Position numbers and translations under genes: made by a program
DNA from: Candidatus Bathyarchaeota archaeon
GTDB taxonomy: Archaea > Thermoproteota > Bathyarchaeia > Bathyarchaeales > Bathycorpusculaceae
Assembly: GCA_963702095.1 (NCBI GenBank)
Contig: OY969706.1
Span: 192,001 to 256,000, forward strand
Direction: 5' to 3'
Length of the DNA stretch: 64,000 bases
Notes under the pieces: generated by a model
Database searches by the model: none
The model's input: the letters and a program-made list of their open reading frames with translations, nothing else
What the model was told of the DNA's origin: nothing
Shown here: positions 1 through 9,635 of the stretch, piece after piece
Layout: each line of letters opens with the position of its first letter
Position numbering within the stretch: the first letter of the stretch is position 1

Positions 1-2
1 GT

Positions 3-2306
3 GCCAAACGCTCTGTAAACGCGCTAAGGCAACTGGCGCCACCTACGGCAACTGTGCTTCGCAACGGGCAAACAGTGGAATTACAGACAGCTAATTTGGT
101 TCCAGGCGACGTTTTGCTCCTCAAAGTTGGGCAGAGAGTTCCAGCGGACGCGCGAATCTTGGAATCCTACGGTTTAGAAGTCGATGAATCTTCCCTGACC
201 GGCGAATCTTTCCCCGTCGCCAAAGACGCCACGGCAGTTTTACCCCCAGAAACTCGCGTCACTGAACAGACCAACATGGTTTTCACTGGAACCGTTGTTA
301 CTCGGGGGAGAGCAAAAGCCCTGGTGACCCAGACAGGCGTAGCCACCGAGTTGGGCAGAATCCAAGGCATAACCAAAGCAGGCAAAGAACCCAAAACCTC
401 CCTCCAGTTGGCTATGAAGCAACTATCCAAAACTCTGGTCTGGGTGGCGCTCTTATTTGCAATACTCATCCCCCTGCTAAGCTATGCCCGTGGGTTGCAG
501 CCTAGCCCAGCAGAAGCTGTCCTCTACGGCTTATCCTTGGCGTTCGTTGTTATCCCCGAGGAATTGCCCATAATCATCACTATGGTGTTGGGCGTCGGCA
601 GCTACGCGTTGTCCCGCAGAGGCGCCATCGTGAAGCGGCTTCGTGCGGCAGAGACTTTGGGTAATGTTACCGTTATAGCCACCGACAAAACTGGAACCAT
701 AACCGAGAACAAGCTGAGGGTTGAGCACCTCTACTTCGACGGCTCCATCCATGCCTCTGCCGAGTTTAAGGAAAACGAGAAAGCGGCCCTGAAAACAGCG
801 TTTCTCGCCAGCGACGCCGCGGGAGCGTTGAGTAATCCGTTGTCGAATGCGATTTTTGAGCGGCTAAAACAGGGGGGCTTAGACGTTAAAACGCTCACTG
901 AGGGCTGGGTGCTCAAGGATGAGTTAAGTTTTGATGTTAACCGCAAATTAGCCTCATACGTTTACCAGTATGGCGCCTCAACCGTGGTGCTCTCAAGCGG
1001 CGCCCCCGAAAAAGTGCTCGCTCAATCTTCTCGGATTCTGCTGGAAGGCCAAGAGAGCCCCCTGACAGATGAATTGCGAAGCCAAGTCATAACGGTCACG
1101 GCGCAGATGGCGCACACTGGCGAACGGCTACTGGCTTTTGGCTACCACCGCTTAGCCCCAGACGCTAAAGAGGGCTTGGAGCAAGACATCGTTTTAGTCG
1201 GCGTCATAGGCTTCATTGACCCACCTCGCCCCGAAGTAAGAGACGCCATCCGCACCTGCCAACAAGCAGGCATCCGAGTCATCATGGTTACAGGCGACCA
1301 CCCTGAAACCGCCAAAACAGTCGCGGGACAAGTCAGCATAAACAACTCAAAAGTGTTAACTGGCGCCCAAATCGCAGCGATGTCCGATGAGTTGTTGAAG
1401 GATGCACTGAGGAGCACCAGTGTGTTTGCTCGGGCAACTCCTGAAGACAAGTTGCGGTTGGTTCGGTTGTTGCGTGAGATGGGGGAGATTGTGGCGGTTA
1501 CAGGCGATGGCATAAACGATGCGCCTGCCCTCAAAGAAGCCCACATCGGCATAGCCATGGGCATCCGGGGAACCGATGTAGCCAAAGAAGCCGCCGCCAT
1601 GATAATCACCGACGACAACTTCGCCACTATAGAAACCGCTGTTAGCGAAGGCCGCCGCCTCTACAGCAACCTCCGAAAAGGCGTCCGCTACTACTTAGCC
1701 TGCAAAGTCGCCTTGGTATCCATCTTCCTTGTCCCAATCATACTGGGCATCCCCCTGCCTTTTGCTCCCATCCAAATCATCGTGCTCGAACTTTTCATGG
1801 ACTTAGCCGCCTCAGCCACTTTCGTTGCAGAGCCACAAGAGAAAGGCGCCATGAAAAAGCCGCCCAACGACCCCAAAGAGCCCTTCATGGATTGGCGCAT
1901 GCTAAGACCCCTGTTCTTGGGTGCATTGAGCCTCTTCTTAGCTGTCACAGTCACCTACCTCTTTACATACTACACAGGACTCTCCACCATGACAGTCGAA
2001 CAAGCAACAATTTACGCGCGAACAGTTGCCTTTGCAACATGGATGTTTGGCCATATCTTCTTAGCCCTCAACTTCCGCTCCGAAAACGCGCCGCTACTAA
2101 AACAGGGTATCCTCTCCAACAAGGTTATGCTGCTGTGGGCGCTGGTGGTGTTTGTTGTGTTGCTTGCAGGCACCACATTACCCGCTTTGCAGTCGGCAAT
2201 CCAGATAACCTCGCTTAACGCGGCTGATTGGGTATTGGTGATTGGTGTGGCGTTTGTGGCGACGTTTTGGATGGAGCTCAAAAAGTTTCTAACAGGAAAA
2301 ATTTAA
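3..2306 (+). CDS. P-type cation-transporting ATPase (type II-like), 5'-truncated by window edge
   Basis: TGES, IPEELP, DKTGT phosphorylation motif, TGD, GDGINDAPAL; frame open from base 3. Confidence 0.95.
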   Translation, partial: AKRSVNALRQLAPPTATVLRNGQTVELQTANLVPGDVLLLKVGQRVPADARILESYGLEVDESSLTGESFPVAKDATAVLPPETRVTEQTNMVFTGTVVTRGRAKALVTQTGVATELGRIQGITKAGKEPKTSLQLAMKQLSKTLVWVALLFAILIPLLSYARGLQPSPAEAVLYGLSLAFVVIPEELPIIITMVLGVGSYALSRRGAIVKRLRAAETLGNVTVIATDKTGTITENKLRVEHLYFDGSIHASAEFKENEKAALKTAFLASDAAGALSNPLSNAIFERLKQGGLDVKTLTEGWVLKDELSFDVNRKLASYVYQYGASTVVLSSGAPEKVLAQSSRILLEGQESPLTDELRSQVITVTAQMAHTGERLLAFGYHRLAPDAKEGLEQDIVLVGVIGFIDPPRPEVRDAIRTCQQAGIRVIMVTGDHPETAKTVAGQVSINNSKVLTGAQIAAMSDELLKDALRSTSVFARATPEDKLRLVRLLREMGEIVAVTGDGINDAPALKEAHIGIAMGIRGTDVAKEAAAMIITDDNFATIETAVSEGRRLYSNLRKGVRYYLACKVALVSIFLVPIILGIPLPFAPIQIIVLELFMDLAASATFVAEPQEKGAMKKPPNDPKEPFMDWRMLRPLFLGALSLFLAVTVTYLFTYYTGLSTMTVEQATIYARTVAFATWMFGHIFLALNFRSENAPLLKQGILSNKVMLLWALVVFVVLLAGTTLPALQSAIQITSLNAADWVLVIGVAFVATFWMELKKFLTGKI

Positions 2307-2366
2307 GGCGGGCTCGGCGGGTTCTTCATTAATTTTATTAGGACTATCCGCCCAAATTGGTGGGCG

Positions 2367-3452
2367 ATGGGTGCGAACGTGGGGGATACCTTGGAGCCTA
2401 AACCAGCCGCCGGTTACTCGGTTGATTTAATCCGCTTCGTCGCCATCTTCGGCATCATCTTAGTCCACACCTCAGGATACCCCTACCCAATACCGGGCCC
2501 CGGAATCACAGCCACAGACGTGGTTTACTGGTTCACCACCGACATCTACAATACTCTGGGCACGGTGGGGGTGCCGTTGTTTGTTATGTTAACAGGCGCT
2601 CTGCTACTGGACCCAGTCAAAGCCGATGAACCCCTAAAGGATTTCTACAAGAAACGCTTCAACCGCATCGCTTGGCCATTCTTTTTCTGGACTTTGTTCT
2701 ATTTTGCTTGGGACTTCAGCGTTCGCGCAAAGCCCTTAACACTCTTCAACGTGGGACAGGGGCTCCTCACAGGGGCATACCCTCATCTGTGGTACATTTA
2801 TTTGCTTATGGGGTTATATGCTGTAACGCCGATTCTGCGAATACTCCTAAAACACATAGACCGCAAACTATTCACCTACCTGCTTATCCTATGGTTTGCG
2901 GGTACAGTGTTTACCCCTTTCATTCACACCTTCACAAACTTCACCTACGACCCCGTTTCTTTCATGTTTTTTGATTGGATAGGCTACTTCCTCTTAGGCA
3001 TCTACCTGCTCCAGAGCAACTTCCGACGCCAAACCGGCTACGTCTTTGCTGCTGTGGGGCTTTTAGGCGCCATCATCGGCGACTGGCTCCTCACCGCAAC
3101 CTTTGGCGAACAGTTCACAGGTTACCTGCATAATTACATGAGCATCACCATGATAGTGGGGTCCGCAGGCTTGTTTTTCCTCTTAACCACCGTAAAAGCC
3201 TCAGTGTTCAGTAGCCGACCCAAGGTCAACCGTGTGCTTCATTGGGTAAGCCAAAACACCCTTCCGATTTACCTCATCCACATGATAGTTCTCGAAGTCT
3301 TGACAATGCAGGTTTTCGGCGTTTACCTAAACACCCTGACGTATAATCCCCTCATCGACATCCCCGTCTTCACTTTACTGGTGTTTTCTGTTTCGGCGGG
3401 GTTGGTTTTTGTTCTCAAAAGGATTCCGGGTGCTGCAAAAGTAATCGGCTAA
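2367..3452 (+). CDS. Acyltransferase family 3 (OafA/WecH-like) membrane O-acyltransferase, copy 1
   Basis: D-x-I-R...VH, VPLFVMLTG, KKRFxRI, HLWY, YLIH motifs; about 10 TM segments. Confidence 0.9.
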   Translation: MGANVGDTLEPKPAAGYSVDLIRFVAIFGIILVHTSGYPYPIPGPGITATDVVYWFTTDIYNTLGTVGVPLFVMLTGALLLDPVKADEPLKDFYKKRFNRIAWPFFFWTLFYFAWDFSVRAKPLTLFNVGQGLLTGAYPHLWYIYLLMGLYAVTPILRILLKHIDRKLFTYLLILWFAGTVFTPFIHTFTNFTYDPVSFMFFDWIGYFLLGIYLLQSNFRRQTGYVFAAVGLLGAIIGDWLLTATFGEQFTGYLHNYMSITMIVGSAGLFFLLTTVKASVFSSRPKVNRVLHWVSQNTLPIYLIHMIVLEVLTMQVFGVYLNTLTYNPLIDIPVFTLLVFSVSAGLVFVLKRIPGAAKVIG

Positions 3453-3588
3453 TGCTCCTTAAGGCGCTCGGTTAGTTCGCTTGGGAATTTTTGGTTTTAT
3501 GTCGGTCACTTTTAAATGGGATGGTTTTGTTGGGTGGGCGATATATCGGTGAAGTCTTAGGCAATCTGTTCAAACTTACAATGCACCC

Positions 3589-4632
3589 TTGAATTTGTCG
3601 GTGGATCTTGTCCGCACAGTAGCTATTGTGCTGGTGGTTTTGGTTCATGTAACCTCTTTTCCCTTCAGCGTCCAAGGCTTAATGACTCCAGCGGCGATGT
3701 TTGACTGGTGGACAACCGACGCGTATGGCGCAGTTGCAAACCTCAGTGTGCCCCTCTTTATCATGCTTAGCGGTGTTTTGCTGCTTAATCCTGAGAAAGC
3801 TGATGAGCCAATTGGGGTTTTCTTCAAGAAAAGGCTTGCACGCATAGGTTTGCCCTTGATTTTTTGGACCGTAGCCTACTTTGCCTGGGACCACTACATC
3901 CACGGTTACGCTCTTACGCCAACCAATGTCGCCGAGGGCTTGCTGGGCGGTTCATACTATCACCTGTGGTTCCTCTACCTTTTGGTAGGGCTCTACTTGG
4001 CTACGCCTGTTCTGCGTGTACTCGTAAAAAACCTTGACCACCGCCGATTCAGGTATTTCTTGGCGTTGTGGGTGGTCGGCACCTTTGCGATTCCATTCGT
4101 CAACGCATTTGGCGGATTAGGCTTCAACGCCGACGTCTTCATTTTCGTCGGTTGGGCAGGATACTATCTCTTAGGAATTTATCTGTTGCAGACACAGGTT
4201 TCGTCTCGGGTGCTCTACGCCTGTTTAGTTGGGGGGCTTGTGGCGACTGTTGTTGCGGATGGTTTGGTGCCTGCTGTTTTGGGTGCTAACTTTATGGGTT
4301 TTTTCCATCAACCCCTCAACTTCACTTTGGTCTTGGCGTCGGCTGCACTGTTTCTCATCTTAATGCGCACCACAGCAAACCAAACAGGCAACAATCATCC
4401 TACATTTAATCGAGGGGTAAGCTGGATAAGCCAAAACACACTGCCAATTTATCTGCTTCACATCATGGTTTTGGAAGTCCTTGAAAACGGCTATTTGGGG
4501 CTTTCTTTGAACATGTCGGTGCTAAGTCCAATTGTGGAGATTCCCCTGCTTACGTTAGTGACTTTTGGGTTAACTGCGCTGATAGTTTATCCGCTTAAAA
4601 AAATACCCCTAGTGAATCGGTTAATCGGGTGA
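3589..4632 (+). CDS. Acyltransferase family 3, copy 2
   Basis: Same motifs (DLVR, VPLFIMLSG, HLWFLY, IYLLH); paralog of neighbours. Confidence 0.9.
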   Translation: MNLSVDLVRTVAIVLVVLVHVTSFPFSVQGLMTPAAMFDWWTTDAYGAVANLSVPLFIMLSGVLLLNPEKADEPIGVFFKKRLARIGLPLIFWTVAYFAWDHYIHGYALTPTNVAEGLLGGSYYHLWFLYLLVGLYLATPVLRVLVKNLDHRRFRYFLALWVVGTFAIPFVNAFGGLGFNADVFIFVGWAGYYLLGIYLLQTQVSSRVLYACLVGGLVATVVADGLVPAVLGANFMGFFHQPLNFTLVLASAALFLILMRTTANQTGNNHPTFNRGVSWISQNTLPIYLLHIMVLEVLENGYLGLSLNMSVLSPIVEIPLLTLVTFGLTALIVYPLKKIPLVNRLIG

Positions 4633-4734
4633 TTTCCTTGCCAAAACACGCCTGTGGGCACTTAACTTTTTTAACCTCAACTGACCTCCAACCCTAAAAA
4701 ATCCGTATGGCTGCGGGGGACAGAGATTACAAAC

Positions 4735-5796
4735 TTGGAGCAGAAAGCCGTAACTGTAGATTACCCAGTTGATTTAATCCGCACCGTAGCCATCCTCATG
4801 GTGGTTCTGGTTCACTGCTCCTGCTTCCCCTTCCGCATTCCAGGCGAAATAACGCCCCTTGTTATGGTTGACTGGTTTGCCTCAGACGTTTATGGAGCCA
4901 TTGGCTACCTAGGCGTGCCCCTTTTCATAATCTTAAGCGGCGCATTGCTGCTTAACCCCGCTAAAGCCGACGAACCCATGCGTGTCTACTACAAGAAACG
5001 CTTCGCCCGCGTTGGGTTGCCTATGATTTTCTGGACCATAATCTACTTCGGCTGGAGCTTTGGCGTTCGAGGCAGCCCTTTTAGCCTCTACAACGTCGGG
5101 CAGGGACTAATATCTGGCTCTTACCCGCTGCTGTGGTTCCTCTACTTGTTGGTGGGGTTGTACTTGGTTACACCGATGCTGCGAGTGTTTGTCAAGCATG
5201 TAGACCGCAAAAAATTCACAGTGTTGCTTGCCCTCTGGTTTGTGGGCACAGTCATAAGCCCCATCATCCACACCTTCACAACCTTCAACTTTAACCCGTT
5301 GTCGTTTGTGGTGCTGGATTGGATTGGGTACTTCCTATTGGGCATCTACCTCGTCAATAGCAAAATCCGTTCCCTTTGGGCTTATCTGGGCTTGTTTGGG
5401 GGTTTGCTGGTGGCAATCTTGGGTGACTGGTTGCTAACCGCCAGTATGGGCGAATCCTACACTGGCTTCTTCCACGGCTATTTGAGTTTCAACATGATAA
5501 TCGCCTCCGCCGCCCTCTTCATCCTTCTTACCCGAATTCCGCAGAGCAAAATGGACCGCCTAAACCCCACCGTCAACGGCGTAATCCACTGGATAGGACA
5601 AAACACGCTGCCGATTTACCTGTTGCATATCATGATTTTGGAGACGCTGCAGTTGGGGCTGTTGGGGTTCGCGTTCCCCTACACCTACATCTTCATAGTG
5701 GACGTGCTCTACATGACCGTGGTAAGCTTCGGCCTTACAGTCGCCATCATCTACCCCCTCAAAAAAATCCCCTACTTGGCTAAACTCATCGGTTAA
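4735..5796 (+). CDS. Acyltransferase family 3, copy 3
   Basis: Same motifs (DLIR, VPLFIILSG, LWFLY, IYLLH). Confidence 0.9.
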   Translation: MEQKAVTVDYPVDLIRTVAILMVVLVHCSCFPFRIPGEITPLVMVDWFASDVYGAIGYLGVPLFIILSGALLLNPAKADEPMRVYYKKRFARVGLPMIFWTIIYFGWSFGVRGSPFSLYNVGQGLISGSYPLLWFLYLLVGLYLVTPMLRVFVKHVDRKKFTVLLALWFVGTVISPIIHTFTTFNFNPLSFVVLDWIGYFLLGIYLVNSKIRSLWAYLGLFGGLLVAILGDWLLTASMGESYTGFFHGYLSFNMIIASAALFILLTRIPQSKMDRLNPTVNGVIHWIGQNTLPIYLLHIMILETLQLGLLGFAFPYTYIFIVDVLYMTVVSFGLTVAIIYPLKKIPYLAKLIG

Positions 5797-5943
5797 CCTT
5801 CTTAGTGGTCGAAACTTGCTGTTCTGCTTGTAGAAACCTCCACAACCCGCCTGCAACCCCTCTATGGTACAAAACCCAAAAACACAGCCGCTCACTAAGC
5901 TCACTTAATTTTTAGTGATTGATTAAAAATAAAAAAGAGGAAG

Positions 5944-7089
5944 TTATTTGTTTATTCGCTTCTTAAGCACCACTGCAATGATTGCAGCTGAAATCAAGAC
6001 AGCAGCTAAGATGGCAGCGACGTATGCAAGGGGAAACTGGTTGAATTCTGCAACAGTTTGGTCCTTAGAGAGGGTTGGGTCAACCGAAGAGGAGGCGCTA
6101 GGTGAACTATCCGGAATGTACCCTCCGCCAGATAAAGTTACACAAGAGATTATTTCGCCACTGTCAGCCCACAACTGAACACGAATTTGACTTACAAAGT
6201 AAGGGTACAATTCGCTTAGCGGCAGATAAACTACCCAGATCGGATGCAAACTTCTATCTTCACCGCGGCTCTTAGAAAACGGTTCTGCACGGATGTAGTC
6301 ATGTACTATTGAAAAGTTTGAGATTACTTCGCCATCGTCCATTCGGTATGAGAAGGTTTCCGCCCGCTTTAATGCCAAATCTATCGCCTGCTCTCGGGTA
6401 ATGTTTACGGTGGTGTCGCCGATAGAATTGAGGCTTCGACTATCCGCAAAGGAACTAAATTGTCCGTCCTTGAAGCTTACGTTTATTCCAGGGTAGTCCA
6501 CGCCGTTGAAGGTTGGTTTCCAATGGAATAATGTAGTATTGCCATTTGATGATACTTCAAGCTTTAAGTTGCCCTCGATTTTCGATGAATCCTTTGAGGG
6601 GTCTATATTGACAAGCATGTTTCGCATTATGGCTATATCTTTATCACCGGTAAATTCTTCGCATTTTTCCATGAATGCAGCTGCATTATTGACAATATTG
6701 GCTGATGGGTTTTTGGTATAAATCGGCGACCCCGAAGTTGCATATAACTTACAGGATAATAGATTACTGCCTGCGAAGTTGAAGATACAATGCAGAAGAC
6801 TGTTTTCGTGGTTTTCGAAATCTAGATAATCTAAATCATAGCGTCCAGATGTTTGAATGTATCCAGCCTCACCAATTAAACTGATTTCGGAAAGATTGGT
6901 CGTGTAAAAAGAGTTAAGGTGTATTTCGTACTTCGATAAATCGAGGTTAACAACATTACTTAAGAAAGTTAGGACTTTTTCAGGATCAGCTTGCGATTCA
7001 ACTTCAGATGCACGGCAATATGAAAGTGGCTCGGACAGTGTTAGTGCTAGGAAAGCTATCAGAATGGCTGTTGTTAATTTTTTGTTCAT
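5944..7089 (-). CDS. Secreted, C-terminally membrane-anchored protein with PepSY-like segment
   Basis: N-terminal signal peptide; ITREQAIDLA...LWADSGEI PepSY-like pattern; Ser/Pro linker then TM helix and basic tail. Confidence 0.7.
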   Translation of the reverse strand: MNKKLTTAILIAFLALTLSEPLSYCRASEVESQADPEKVLTFLSNVVNLDLSKYEIHLNSFYTTNLSEISLIGEAGYIQTSGRYDLDYLDFENHENSLLHCIFNFAGSNLLSCKLYATSGSPIYTKNPSANIVNNAAAFMEKCEEFTGDKDIAIMRNMLVNIDPSKDSSKIEGNLKLEVSSNGNTTLFHWKPTFNGVDYPGINVSFKDGQFSSFADSRSLNSIGDTTVNITREQAIDLALKRAETFSYRMDDGEVISNFSIVHDYIRAEPFSKSRGEDRSLHPIWVVYLPLSELYPYFVSQIRVQLWADSGEIISCVTLSGGGYIPDSSPSASSSVDPTLSKDQTVAEFNQFPLAYVAAILAAVLISAAIIAVVLKKRINK

Positions 7090-7101
7090 TTTTTCACCGT
7101 T

Positions 7102-8664
7102 CTATCTTGGAATTGTTGCATATCCATCGCCCCATACACGTAACTGTGTGGTGGTATAGTTTCCATGCACAGCATCCCACACTACTTGCTGATTTAAATA
7201 GAGATCACTATTTGCGAAGTCTACGCCGTTTATAAAGTATGAAGCGTCGTCAAGAGCATTTTTGACATTCTCTCCTTGGAGAAGAGTGTTGAAGAATAAG
7301 ACAACAAATTGTGACATATATCTATCATCCAATTGTCCCATGTCATTGTAATTGGCCGAGATTGATGTGAAACAAATGAAAACATGATCAGAGAGATCAG
7401 GGTCTGCATATCCATCGTCCGCCATTTCGCTATTAGGATCTGTGATGTCAAGCCAAGATGCAAGCATACCCCAAGCGTGATCTCCTGAGATTTCTCCAGC
7501 ATTGTCAGGATGCCCTTCTACGCATGACCAGAGAAAAACGAAGTCATGTGTGCCACGTGTATGACTCGTTACAGATTTTGCAGCTTGTACACTAGCAAAA
7601 AGCTCATAGTCTGTTATAGGATCCAGTGAATCGTAACCATTTATATCGACGATTCCCCAATGGTTGATGGGGCAGCTAGGATTACCGCAGCCTCCAGCAC
7701 TGTCATCCAGCCAGAAATGCCCTTTGTAGATAACTAAGGAATAATCGCATACTATTTCGTTCGCATATGTATTATAATAGACAGTATCCGTGTATGTTCC
7801 ATCATTTCTATTTCCCCAATCATCGATGCAAGGGCTATATTTGCCAGTATTAGCGAAATAAGTTGTAATATAGGACGAAACTGTGCCTGACATCGAACGT
7901 TCAGCTTCTCCGCCATACTCGGGGGGGTACCAGAGAGTGCCATAGGAGGTCATGCTTGGTGTTCTCAATAAACCAAAATCATAGGAAGTATCTGTTCGAT
8001 CCATGATTACTGGACCTACAAAATAACAGGTCTTTAGAACATTATTGCTTGAATCTAAAACTTGTATATAACAAACCTGAAGCCCCGTAGTGTCTGCTGT
8101 CCACAAATCTACTCCTCTGATCACAACATCGACAGTTGAACTTGAGAAACCTGATAGATTTAGGATACCCGATGTATCTTGTCTCCAACCAATCCATCCG
8201 CCATTGCTAGTAGCAGGGTAGCTACAGGCCAGTACAGAGGTGTAATCGCTGATTGGATGTTGTACGTTATCTACTGTCGTCCTAAATTCATCGTCATTTA
8301 TAAGTCGCCTGTTGAGTTCGTGGTCAACCACATAAAGTTCGGCAAGAGTTACGGGATCACCGTAGTAATCATAATACCATTGCCAGTAAACTCGCAATTT
8401 CTTTCCGTCAAGATAGCTTCGGTCAAATGGCATAAAGATGTAGGCGTCACCAAGGCCGTTATCTGTTGACATAGCTTGAAGAACTGAGCCGGAGTCTTTA
8501 CTAAAAGTGTATGCTGGAGTGTATGCGTTCCATTGTTTGTACTCTTTTAATGCTTCTGTGCTGTATAAGTCTGTGGAATTTGCTTTAACAGGTGCAATAC
8601 CGATGAAAAGGGATGCAAGAAGTGAAAGCAATAGCAAACTTGGAATTATATGTTTCCTATGCAA
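7102..8664 (-). CDS. Secreted protein with possible clan CD (C25/caspase-like) cysteine peptidase domain
   Basis: Signal peptide ending VKA; YKGH and FVFLWSC candidate His/Cys dyad; terminal VWGD. Confidence 0.55.
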   Translation of the reverse strand: MHRKHIIPSLLLLSLLASLFIGIAPVKANSTDLYSTEALKEYKQWNAYTPAYTFSKDSGSVLQAMSTDNGLGDAYIFMPFDRSYLDGKKLRVYWQWYYDYYGDPVTLAELYVVDHELNRRLINDDEFRTTVDNVQHPISDYTSVLACSYPATSNGGWIGWRQDTSGILNLSGFSSSTVDVVIRGVDLWTADTTGLQVCYIQVLDSSNNVLKTCYFVGPVIMDRTDTSYDFGLLRTPSMTSYGTLWYPPEYGGEAERSMSGTVSSYITTYFANTGKYSPCIDDWGNRNDGTYTDTVYYNTYANEIVCDYSLVIYKGHFWLDDSAGGCGNPSCPINHWGIVDINGYDSLDPITDYELFASVQAAKSVTSHTRGTHDFVFLWSCVEGHPDNAGEISGDHAWGMLASWLDITDPNSEMADDGYADPDLSDHVFICFTSISANYNDMGQLDDRYMSQFVVLFFNTLLQGENVKNALDDASYFINGVDFANSDLYLNQQVVWDAVHGNYTTTQLRVWGDGYATIPR

Positions 8665-9091
8665 TTTTTTATTCTCCCAAATTTGTGTCTAAGAGCTAAG
8701 GCGTTAGCTCTCAGCAAGTAATGTATTAAGAGCAATCTATTAATAAAGTTAATTCAGAAATTGAATATTTTGATTAAAACAAAAAGGCTTACTTTTTCAG
8801 TTTAAACACAAGAGCACTGTACAGGGCTTAGCTCCACATCTTGAATTTTAGATTAAATAATTTGCTGGTCTATGGATCGCCACAACCAGTATGCAAGCCA
8901 ACCCAGACGTAGCCACAGAAAAGCAGCCGTCTGCCAAGCCCCTAAGAAGTTGTTGTGTAAGGCCGACTTTTCACTACTTCTAACAATAGAAAAACAAACA
9001 CTTCAATCAATTTGAATGCAGCTATGGGAACGCTTAACTTTTTAACCAAAACAACATATCCTACAGGATAAGCAGAAGAGAGGGAAGCGGC

Positions 9092-9499
9092 ATGCCTATC
9101 AAGTATTATGAGGCTCCAGAAATTAAAAAGCAGGTTGACCAGTTGGCGCAGGAATGCGAATTCTACCATGTAGTGCCCCAGTTCGTGTTCTGCGTCCGAA
9201 GCCGAGGCTCTAAAGCCCGCCGCACCATCGCCCGCATCCACGGCTTGGGCAGAATCTGGCAGGGCGTACTCAACCTTCCGCCGTCCTACACCATCGAGGT
9301 CATCTCGGAGATCTTTGACAGGATGTCATCTGAAGACAAGGAAAGAACCCTCATCCACGAACTCATGCATATTCCCGGCGGCTTCGGCGGCGGCTTCCGA
9401 CCCCACAAGGGCTATGTGGAACGCAAAAACGTCGAAGCAGTCTATAAGAAGCTGCAGTGCGACCGCGCGGCGAAGCGGCAGAAAACCCTTTTTTCCTGA
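9092..9499 (+). CDS. Putative zinc metallopeptidase (archaeal/phage metallopeptidase-like)
   Basis: HELMH zincin motif; RSxGSK..ARI pattern. Confidence 0.8.
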   Translation: MPIKYYEAPEIKKQVDQLAQECEFYHVVPQFVFCVRSRGSKARRTIARIHGLGRIWQGVLNLPPSYTIEVISEIFDRMSSEDKERTLIHELMHIPGGFGGGFRPHKGYVERKNVEAVYKKLQCDRAAKRQKTLFS

Positions 9500-9635
9500 C
9501 AAAAACTGTGGCTGTAGCGCCAAATTTTTAAGCTACGCAGACGGGATACTGGGAGTTGACGTTTTCGGCAACAAAAGGATTATAAACCCAAATAAGCAAA
9601 GTCACAAAGAACTTTGCCGCAGACGAGGAAAAAAA

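Noticed and set aside
167-2281. Numerous antisense and alternate-frame ORFs over long genes here and throughout the window
   Set aside because: Shadow ORFs of well-supported CDSs with no motifs or ribosome-binding sites
9315-9635. N-terminal extension of the topo IB ORF
   Set aside because: Overlaps the metallopeptidase gene; homology begins at ATG 9636 after a GAGG SD
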